Assembly (NCBI GenBank): GCA_017499595.2
Contig: CM039008.1
Location: forward strand, 2,356,001 to 2,420,000
Direction of reading: 5' to 3'
DNA: 64,000 nucleotides
Source: Psilocybe cubensis
Lineage: Eukaryota
The position numbers and the translations under genes are program-made. Under the pieces are notes generated by a model that saw only the letters and a list, made by a program, of their open reading frames with translations, was not told the DNA's origin and ran no database searches. Each line of letters begins with the position of its first letter. Within the stretch, counting starts at the first letter, position 1. Shown here in pieces: positions 11,283 through 21,610 of this stretch.

Positions 11283-12377
11283 ATCCTCTCAAAGATAGAA
11301 AATAAAGTTGATGGTTCCGGTATCCAGAGGGCGCATATATGCGTGTTTTAAAGCTCTGATATGCCTCCAGGCTCCGAGATCCAGACCGCCCGCGACCCAA
11401 AGAAATTAAATGAAACTGCACATATAACGAATCCAGCATAAAACGAGCGCGAGAAAAAAATATGGGCTAGGGGAAGAAGAGCAAATGTAGGACACAGACT
11501 CCGGGTGCGCATTCGGCCCACCCAGCCATACAGGGGCACGTACGCACACACCCTCACAGAGGTTGGTCATGGTACTCGTGTGGAGTGGCATATCACTAAC
11601 TCGGCGAGATCACCCAGTCCCAAAGTACTAACAGACAAAAAAAAGAACGTAATTGCAGAAATCTGAAACTCGCCACCGCCAACGCGAAATGGCAGCAAAA
11701 TGCCATGCATGGTTAGCATAGATGACGACGATAGAGACGCCAAACCAAAAGGCTGCTGGGCTGCTGACGTGAGGTAGGGGCAGCAGGGGTTACACCATCG
11801 GTACGGATACAGCGTGTCACATACGTGTGAAAGCACGGAGCAGAAGCTCAGTCGACGTTTGCCAAAACAGCAACAACAGACAGTCTGATTCGGCCTGTAT
11901 TTCAGAAAGTGAGTCAACGCGATATGATATCACAGCCGAGGTTGCAAATCCTTTTAGTTCAGCTCTCGTCAAGTCAAACCGCCACCTGCATAATGACCCC
12001 TGTCGAAAGTCTTATCCGCGTCGGACAGTCAAGTCACGCACAACGCGACATCACTCAGAATCATCAACTTGACTGGAGAATCGGGTTCAAAATACGTATC
12101 ACAGTCACTTTACCTCTGCCTTCGAGGCCTTCGAGTTTCCGGCGTTCTCCCTCCCCAGAGTGCAGGTCTCCAACGCGCCAACTACTGTTTCCTGCAAGTC
12201 TATACGTCTGTATCCAATTAGTATAGCATAGGAAGAAGCACGTAAAGTCAAACGAAAGAAAAGCACAATTGGTTTGAGTGGACTTGAACGTCGAAAATGA
12301 GAAAAAGGTTATTTGTCCCTGTTGTGTCCGTTCCCAGCACGTGTTTATCAATCCTCCTGACTCCTTCTCAGGAAACA

Positions 12378-13667
12378 CATCAGCAAAAGTGCTCGGATCC
12401 CCAAATGCCTTGTCAAGGCATTTGGAGGCGTCCAAAGGCCCCAATGCCCGAAAGGCATTGTGCGGTTCGTAACGAGAGACTCCGAAGACTGAAAGGCTTC
12501 GAATTATTTATTCCAAGGAAATGATTTAGGTAGTACTAAATATAGCCAAATCATTTGGTTAAAATTTGAGAGTGTCCGTAACATTTAGGCAACATTTGGG
12601 AGTCCCAAAAACATTTGGCAAACATTTGCCAGTGTTTAAATGTTTTACACTGTTCACATGGTTCCTTATTTAGTGGATCCCTCAGATTATCATAGCAAGT
12701 AAAAAGAACTTGTTGCATTAAGAAAACTTATACTACAACATGACTCCAAAAGGTACAGAGAAGCGAGAAAGTGGGTAAATAACAAAATGATGCTGAGATG
12801 ATGTCATCAATAGATGTTACCCATGAATTATAGGAGCTACTTTGGTTGCATGATGTAAGCAAGGTGTGTGTGCAGAAGTGCGCATATACTCACCTAAAAG
12901 TTTGGGAACTAGTGAATAATTATATACCAAGCCGGATATCCAGTAGATCTAAGGCAGAAGGAGAACGGTCTACGGAAAGGCAGATACATGGTCAGTTGAG
13001 GATGATCTAATCAGAAAGGAAGTGGCAGAATTACCTGTGAGTTAGATTCAGCTATGATATACGAAGACTTAGAGTTGAAAAGTCCAAGCCCAAGTCCCAC
13101 CAAGCGTCGCCGGAGTAGTGAACATGAGAGTATGTGGAAAGAAAGAAACGGGGGTTGAAAGAGATTATTATGCACAAACAAACAAATATTTGATCTCCGA
13201 TTCACTCCGATTCATGCTGATCGCATTGTGACTTCGTTGACAGTCGAGAAATTGTACAGACCGGGTGACCAACTGTACAGAATTCTAATTAGAACTAATG
13301 TGGCTGTATAGCCAGTAAATTTTGGTGTGGATGAATTATTTCATCAGCATTTGAAAGTCCTGTAAACATTTCTCATAACCGAAGTGTAAAACCAAATGTT
13401 TTGTGACCTCTTTTAATTTTGTTAAATGATTCCTTCAAGGTTGCACAGTCTACGAATTTTTTTTTGTAAATTGTAGTTACTAGAAATTATTTGGTGCTTG
13501 TTTTGTGCTTCAAAAATGTTTGTGGGGCCTCCAAATGACCACCAAATGATTTGAGTGTTCCCAAATGTTGCCCAAATGTTTTGCGTGACATTACTGTGTC
13601 ACGTAAAACATTGGCATGCCTTATAAGGCTCCCAAGGCATTTGGGGGTCTGGTCACTTTTGCTGATG
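12378..13667 (+). mobile_element. Non-autonomous TIR element (1290 bp), copy 1; CA...TG ends, probable 2-bp TSD (CMC/EnSpm-like)
   Basis: TIR CATCAGCAAAAGTG continuing imperfectly into CCCCAAATGCCTTG. Many subterminal CAAATG/CATTTG repeats. Flanked by CA on both sides. Confidence 0.88.
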
Positions 13668-13886
13668 CAGCAGTTCACGTTCAGTTGTGGTTCAGAAGCG
13701 GCGACGTATGTGGACTAGACGTTGATGTTGAGTACGGATCATTGAGATAGAGCCCTTGCACAACAAAATACACGACTGGCTGCACAAAAGCAAGAAAAGT
13801 CCCCTGTTTGCGGGCCCATTGATAGCCGTATTGCCCAAAGTATTGCCAACTTCGTGGTTGTGCTGGTCGCTGTTGTCTTGCCAATG

Positions 13887-15176
13887 CATCAGCAAAAGTG
13901 ACCAGACCCCCAAATGCCTTGGGAGCCTTATAAGGCATGCCAATGTTTTACGTGACACAGTAATGTCACGCAAAACATTTGGGCAACATTTGGGAACACT
14001 CAAATCATTTGGTGGTCATTTGGAGGCCCCACAAACATTTTTGAAGCACAAAACAAGCACCAAATAATTTCTAGTAACTACAATTTACAAAAAAAAATTC
14101 GTAGACTGTGCAACCTTGAAGGAATCATTTAACAAAATTAAAAGAGGTCACAAAACATTTGGTTTTACACTTCGGTTATGAGAAATGTTTACAGGACTTT
14201 CAAATGCTGATGAAATAATTCATCCACACCAAAATTTACTGGCTATACAGCCACATTAGTTCTAATTAGAATTCTGTACAGTTGGTCACCCGGTCTGTAC
14301 AATTTCTCGACTGTCAACGAAGTCACAATGCGATCAGCATGAATCGGAGTGAATCGGAGATCAAATATTTGTTTGTTTGTGCATAATAATCTCTTTCAAC
14401 CCCCGTTTCTTTCTTTCCACATACTCTCATGTTCACTACTCCGGCGACGCTTGGTGGGACTTGGGCTTGGACTTTTCAACTCTAAGTCTTCGTATATCAT
14501 AGCTGAATCTAACTCACAGGTAATTCTGCCACTTCCTTTCTGATTAGATCATCCTCAACTGACCATGTATCTGCCTTTCCGTAGACCGTTCTCCTTCTGC
14601 CTTAGATCTACTGGATATCCGGCTTGGTATATAATTATTCACTAGTTCCCAAACTTTTAGGTGAGTATATGCGCACTTCTGCACACACACCTTGCTTACA
14701 TCATGCAACCAAAGTAGCTCCTATAATTCATGGGTAACATCTATTGATGACATCATCTCAGCATCATTTTGTTATTTACCCACTTTCTCGCTTCTCTGTA
14801 CCTTTTGGAGTCATGTTGTAGTATAAGTTTTCTTAATGCAACAAGTTCTTTTTACTTGCTATGATAATCTGAGGGATCCACTAAATAAGGAACCATGTGA
14901 ACAGTGTAAAACATTTAAACACTGGCAAATGTTTGCCAAATGTTTTTGGGACTCCCAAATGTTGCCTAAATGTTACGGACACTCTCAAATTTTAACCAAA
15001 TGATTTGGCTATATTTAGTACTACCTAAATCATTTCCTTGGAATAAATAATTCGAAGCCTTTCAGTCTTCGGAGTCTCTCGTTACGAACCGCACAATGCC
15101 TTTCGGGCATTGGGGCCTTTGGACGCCTCCAAATGCCTTGACAAGGCATTTGGGGATCCGAGCACTTTTGCTGATG
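13887..15176 (-). mobile_element. Non-autonomous TIR element (1290 bp), copy 2, inverted relative to copy 1
   Basis: Reverse complement of 12378-13667. Mirror ORFs 13011-13205(-) and 14349-14543(+) are identical and share the coordinate sum 27554. Flanked by TG on both sides. Confidence 0.9.
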
Positions 15177-16610
15177 TGCTCAATCTCAACCTCGACCTCA
15201 ATGTCAACGACGCATCGAAGCCTTAACATCGACTCATCAGTTATGAAATTTGAAGGCTTTTCCCCATCATTATATCTCGTGAAGTAATCATACTATGCCA
15301 CGCCTCTGCCCCGATTTTGGGGTGTAACCCACCAAGAGTCTTGCATCTTCAATGCCTCTAGCTCCCCGCGCTCCGCAGCCTGGCTCTGAATACAGCTTTT
15401 CTTGTTCACCCTGTGGAATCTGGAATCTGGGTCCAGCGCACGACACTCATCGGACCAAATTCAGGGAACGGAGGGGTGGCATGCCAGGTAACATATGCTT
15501 TTCTTGTATGGTACAAATGACAAGTGCTCTACTACTTCCACCTCCACCTTCAGTTTACCCATCTCTCGCCGCACCGCGTCATCGCATTACACTAGGAGAT
15601 GATGGGTGAGATTTGTGGGAATGTGTGCGTGTTGCGTGTTGCGCGTTGTATGTTGCGTGTTATGTGTTTCGCCGGTGCGTCGTGGGGATATACAGGTGCG
15701 TGTTATCTGCGTCCTGTAAAGTTGTTAATTTAGTATCAGATTGTGTGGAAGTCATTGAAGCCACTGGACGTAGGGTTAGTATGCACGTGTTATGTGGATG
15801 ACGGGTGTACCCAGGCGTTGCGGGTACAAAGTCAATTTAATTTTACGAGTGCTCATAAGTAGGAGCGCAAGAGCGTATCATGATGAACGTAGATTGCCGG
15901 CGGACGAGGATCCGGACTTGCATTTTCGTGCCGTGAACGTGAAAAGATACTGACTCAAGAAGAGGAAAGCGCGCGGTTTATGAGTGGGTGGAGCCCGAGA
16001 CTGAGAAACTTGCGTACTTTCGAGGAAGTTGAATTGCACGTCTTGGTTGTGTTCCAGTTCGTTGTGTTCCAGTTCTCCTGAGAGCGGTCTAGGAAGAACA
16101 ATAGATGTATAGCCCGAATCTTTCACAGCAGATCTGTGAATCCACAATTTAAAAAAATGCAGATATATGTGTGTATGTAGAGTACATAAAAGTTGGATAG
16201 ATGATGAATCAGTGTGATATGTAATGGATGTGTATATAATGAGGAAAGGATAGAGGCCGAGGAGATGTGCAACCTCCGCACAGGAAGACGAGCAGGTGTG
16301 ATAATCACAAGGTCAATGTGCCGTGAATCAGACGAGTAAGCCATAAATGATAAAAAAATCCATGTCCATCTTATCTCGAACGCAATTGATCGGATGTTGA
16401 AGGACCCGCATGCTGAGGGCGTGAAACGAGTGTCGGCCGGCGAACACTCGGAGTTGACCATGGACTCGCGATGCACACAGGTTTGACGAATAGAGTATAC
16501 AGCGAGCGCCTAAGGTCGCCTGTTCACTTCAAGTGGGACACCTGGGATGTTGAGCGAGGAGAATTTAGACTGGCGAACGAGGAAAGGTGGATAACAGGAC
16601 ATGCAATGAC

Positions 16611-17955
16611 TTACGGACTCTCCTTGAGCATGTTTTTGTATCTCTTCAACTCCTCTTCAAATTCCCTGGACCTCGCCTCCGCCTCTTGCCTCTTCTGCGC
16701 CTCCTCTTGCCTCAAGCGCGCTTCATTTTGAGCGCGCCTTTCCGCCTCTTCCCTCAATCGCGCCTCCTCTTCCCTCCGCCGCGCCTCCTCTTCCCTCAAG
16801 CGCGCTTCATTTTGAGCGCGCCTTTCCGCCTCTTCCCTCCGCCCCATCTCCTCTTGCCTCAAGCGCGTTTCGTTTTGAGCGCGCTCGTCGGCCTCTTGGG
16901 CCCTTTCTTCGGCCTCCCTCTTGGCCTTATCCCTCGCGACGTGGAGATTCTCAATCTTGAGCAACAGTCAGCATGGAGGTCCAAACAACCAATAAATTGT
17001 TGAAAATTGTGACACGTACCTTGGTGTGAAATTCTTTGCGAGCGTCGCGATACTGATCAATGATGGAGGCAATTGTCTGCGCCGGATCTTTAGCATACAG
17101 AGGAAATCTCTTCCATTTTCCATTCAGTTTCTCCAAGATGGTTTCGCTCGGATTGTACAGTTTATTAAGAGTGTCGTAAAGGAGACCGGCGAAATGGTAA
17201 CAATTGCTTTTGAAGAGGTGGTAACGCGGCGCCTCCTTGGTCAAGATCTCTGCAATCAATGCAATATCGTATACAGACGGTCGTTCGTGTGGGACGCCCG
17301 GGACGTTGCCAGTTCCTTCTCTCTCGAATTCTAGCCGGCACATGCACTTCTCGCCCAAGCGCCGGCCGTCGGGAACACATGTCACGGTATCAGACGCCGT
17401 GCTATCCTTTGCGCAAGAATTACTGACGGAATCGGAAGCACTAGAAGATGCGGTGCTCAGCGAAGATATCGTTTGGTTCAATAATAATTCCGACTGTCTG
17501 CGAAGTAGGCTTTTCTGTCTTCGGTTTTTCTTCCTGGAACTCACACTCGGAGAGTAGCTCGGTGTCGGGCCTGCAGACAATTGCTCAGTGTCAGGCGGTG
17601 GTTGCGCCGGACCCGACGACCTGGGCTCGCCATCATTAACGTCCCGTGTTCGTTCAAAGTACAGGTAGTGAGCGCCTCCGTTGGGGTCCCTAAGTTCGAC
17701 CAGGAGGGATTCGTGCCTTGATTTGGTCTTTACATTCTTCATCAGCGATACCTTCACCACACGTAACGCCGTCATGTCTTCTTTGGAACGAGAACCATAG
17801 ATGTCGATGAGAAAATCCAGGTATCCTTTCGAGCTCATCGTGCTTCTGTCGATGAGTTCTGGGTATCTCGTCGACTCGGCTTCTGACGACATTTTGAAAA
17901 AACGGTGGAGATGGTTAACGAAGGAGGACCAGTAGCTTTTGAGGGGGAATTTCAT
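16611..17955 (-). CDS. Putative permuted papain-fold (PPPDE/DeSI/LRAT-like) His-Cys hydrolase with a C-terminal E/R-rich helical repeat tail, ~426 aa
   Basis: Exon 1 17955-17020 (312 codons), GT-AG intron 17019-16956, exon 2 16955-16611; a further small intron and exon may follow. Motifs RHESLLVEL..HYLYFER and YHLFKSNCYHFAGLLY. Confidence 0.8.
16690..16895 (-). repeat. Coding tandem repeats (63-84 bp period) encoding EAERRAQNEARLR(Q/E)EE
   Basis: CCTCAAGCGCG.TTC.TTTTGAGCGCGC at ~16710, ~16794 and ~16857. Confidence 0.85.
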
Positions 17956-19574
17956 CGCGAGAAAAGTGATGGATAAAAGGGACTTGAACTAAGGGTTGAA
18001 CGTTGACGCTGCACGTTGTTGGAGTGTGAGGTTTTCACCGCTGCTAGATAACGCGTGTTGAACTTTGCGCAACGAGGCACAACGATCGGGAACTCTGCGC
18101 TAAAATTAGAGTCGTCCGGATGCTATAGATTTGTGGCAGTTGCCGGAGGTTTCCCACCATGTCAAGTGTGCCAATGGCCTCGAGTTTATCTGGCCAAAAT
18201 ACCTTAGATATATGTTTTTAATACAACTACATAGCTGACATATAGTCAGGCGCTTGCTGTTGACAAACATTAGAAACTTGAACACATGTGTACATTGGCA
18301 ACTTGAAAACATCCTCGAGATTCGCTTCATGTACGCCATTTTGTCAAGGCACTGATGATAATCGATACTTTGTTGAAACTAGTGATTTGCTCTACATGCG
18401 GCACCTATTTTAACACAAATCGTCATTTACGAATCGTAATTATTTTTTACTACTTTGACTGCAGCCACGATCATTCAACCTCCTCGCCTATTGATTTTCT
18501 TGTACACAACCTTGAAAACTCCAGATGGCTCGTAAAGTTATTGTTGAGCATATAATATACATTACGCCCAATATCAGTATGATATGATATATTGAAACGG
18601 CGCTACTATGCTTCGGATATGACGGCCCCTTGTTAATTTACGGATGCAAATATCTGTGCATGTAAAAGGCCAGCATAGGGCGTGTAAACGCATAACAAGT
18701 CAATTCGATTGCTGTGTTTGAGTAGCCAGTTGGGATTTTACCCTGGAAGGATGTGTATATTCCCCAAACGATCATAGAGCTTACCATTTGTCTGTGTATG
18801 CGGAATGTTGCGTAGCACGATCAAAACGTCTATACCACGCTGTAAGAGGACAGTTAATTAAACAGGATCAGCTATATATCAGCCAAATCTTTTGGACACA
18901 CAATCGAGTGATGAAGGAGAAACATGCAATGCAAAAGGAGAATTAGGGCCTCCTTGCGGCGGCCACACATCTACTAGTCCTCCCCAATGTGGTACGACGG
19001 GTTCATAAACTTAACCTGATTGACAAAACCATATTTCGCCGACCGGAAGCCGATGTATTCGTATCCAGTCACGTCTCGATCCAACCCACGTAGTTAATTC
19101 GGGTCGTCAATGGTTTTTTTGTACACTTTGGCCAATACAATCGTCTGATGTGCTTTCGTGTGATTGATCCCTTCATTTATTGCATAGATTAAGTGTATTT
19201 CCTGATGTGTGTGAAGCACTTCAAATATCGACACCGCAGTTTTGTAGCCTTGTTGCAAACGCGTTGATAACTAATATTAATGTAGATCGTACTATTCTAA
19301 GCCTAGGAGGCACAATCTGACCGCCCAAAAAACACATCGTGGAGGATCAGGATACACCAAGTTGTGGATCAATTGACCGCCCATATTTAAAAGGTAGCAG
19401 TGATTTATTTTAGAATTCTAGACGAGCCTTTCGGATTGATTTTAGACACAGCCATGCAAGCCGACTTCCCCCTCTTACAAATATACTTGGGTTTAAGTGT
19501 ATTTTTAAGCAACGTATATTCGCGTCTATAGCGCAAGACGCCACCGAACGTACAACCGCCAAAAGAAGACATTA

Positions 19575-21610
19575 CAGCATTGCGGGTACTGGAAGACGGC
19601 CACGCAGCAGTGGAACAGAAAGCAGAAAGCGGTGGGATAGAAAACATACCAAAGCCCCACGAGCGCAGCAACGCCATTTGTATCCCGCCCAATATTTCAC
19701 CGCCCAGTATTTCATCTCTGGCCCAATCATATCAAACGCGTTGGTGTGTCCAAATCAGCACCCTTGCAAAAGCAAAAAAAGGCATACGAAAAGAAAACGC
19801 AAACAAAGACGCAATCATATGAAATAAAAATAAGAAAAAAAGAAAAGAGAAACATACACCCCATTCTCTTGAAACCTCCTCAACTCCTCCACACTCTTCC
19901 CAGAATCAACCATCGACGAAATCCGATCCAGCGCAAACACATCCGGGGAAATTTCACGTAGTATAAGATGCGTCGCGAGTAATCGTAGGACGTGTGCTGT
20001 AAGTGAAAATGAAAATGAAAATGAAATTTAGAGGAGGGTGAAGGAAAGGGAAAAAACCGAAAAGAAAAGAAAAGGGACAGAAGGGAAAGGGAGGAAAGGG
20101 AAGGGAGGAGGGGGGGACATACCAAGATTGGAAGCCTGCACACCATTCCGCTTCGAAATTCCATCCACATGCATCCCTCTCTCCCCAGCCTCACGCAAAA
20201 TCTCAACAACATGCGACCCCTCTACCAACCGCATACACGACGGTAAGTGATACTATCAACGCCCATTTCAGATCAGATTTAACCTCTCCAAGACGAAAAA
20301 TCAAGAATCAAGAGTGAAAAGGGAAACGGGGAAAGTAAAATCAAGACTCAAGAAAACAAAAACTAAAAAAGATAGCAACACGCACCCTCAAACCAGCATC
20401 ACAAAGCGTCAAAAACGGAACCTGCACACTCGCAGCGAGCTGACCCGCCGCAGCGACAATGCGGCATATCGCAGCTTGCACCGCCGGGTGCGCTGTCAGC
20501 GCCTCGCTGAGCGAGCTTGGGTTGTAGGGGTTGTCTAGGGAGGGGAAGTCGGGTGTATGTGGGTTTGGAGGTGGTGGTGATGGTGGATTTGAAGTTGGTG
20601 GTGGTGGTGGTGGTGCGGGTGGTGGTACGGGTACGGGTACGTGTTGTGGTAAAGACGCGGTGGGTTCGCATGTAAGAGGTGCTGATACTGGCGAGACGCG
20701 CCTTGACGTGGACGTCGATACAGCGTGCAATATTCCTGTTCCAGGTGGTGTACACTCCGTCGTAACAATCCTCGGATTCTCAAATATCCCATCACCATTC
20801 CCATTCTCCTTCCCATCGCCCTCCTTCTTGTTCTCAGCGTTCTTAGCGGGCGTCTCCACTCCTACTTCAAGAGACGTAGCCGTAGCCGCATCCGCAGCTG
20901 CATCTGCAGACATGTATATATATATATATGTATATGCAGAAGGCAACGGAGGCGGAGAAACATACGCCTGCGAATTCGGGTTCGAGTGTCTATGCGCGTG
21001 CTGGTACGCGTGTTGGTGCGTATGCGCATGTGTATGTGTATGCGTATGCGCTGGAACAAACGCTGACCCTGACGCTGAAACAGACACCGACGATGGCGAT
21101 GGAACTAAGACGCACATACGCGGGTGAGACTGCGTTCGTCCTGGCGTGCCCGGCGGGGGGGATTGTGATTGTAGCTGTCGTTGTAGGCGTAGTTGGAATT
21201 GTGGTTGTGGTTGTAGCTGTGCAAGTTGACGAAGCATCATGGATACCCCGCGCCCGCGCGCCATCCTTCTGCCCCAGACCCAGATTCGCGTCCTCACCCT
21301 CACCCTCATTCTCATGAACCCGATCCGTGTCGCCGTCATTCTCGTTCTCGTTCTCATTCTCATTCTTGTTCTCAAGCTCGATTTCGTCCTCCAAATCCGT
21401 CTTCGACTTCAAACTACCTCCATCCATCCTCGCTTCCCAGTCATGCTGCGGCTCCGGTGTCCTCGAGCGAGGCGAGCTAATCCCAGACCCAGACATAACC
21501 CCAGACCCAGACGCCGCCTCTCCACCGCGGTACGCAGCATACACCCTCTCGATATCCGCTATCGTGTCGCCTATGATAGCATCCAGACTTTTCAGCGCCG
21601 AGATCGTCAT
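19575..21610 (-). pseudogene. Truncated basidiomycete O-methyltransferase-family gene: N-terminal/winged-helix part only, with a large low-complexity insertion
   Basis: MTISALKSLDAIIGDTIADIERVY...DFPSLDNPYNP..LTAHPAVQAAI.RIVAAAGQL | YHLPSCMRLVEGSHVVEILREAG | HVLRLLATH.ILREISPDVFALDRISS. Frame change near 21160-21280 and a frameshift at a 15-bp duplication near 19685-19715. No SAM-binding domain follows. Confidence 0.75.

Larger units (their letters stand above)
10635..19560 (+). repeat. Segmental duplication, copy A (paralogous to ~20390-27630)
   Basis: Collinear diverged matches: 10650/20400, 12302/22354, 15190/24215, 15352/24528, 15915/24927, 16550/25435, 18290/26210, 18920/26900 and 19380-19560/27454-27630. 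Confidence 0.85.

Noticed and set aside
18900-19360. Possible small minus-strand gene conserved with 26900-27430
   Set aside because: Both copies have stops and indels and no recognisable motif; the similarity is explained by the segmental duplication.
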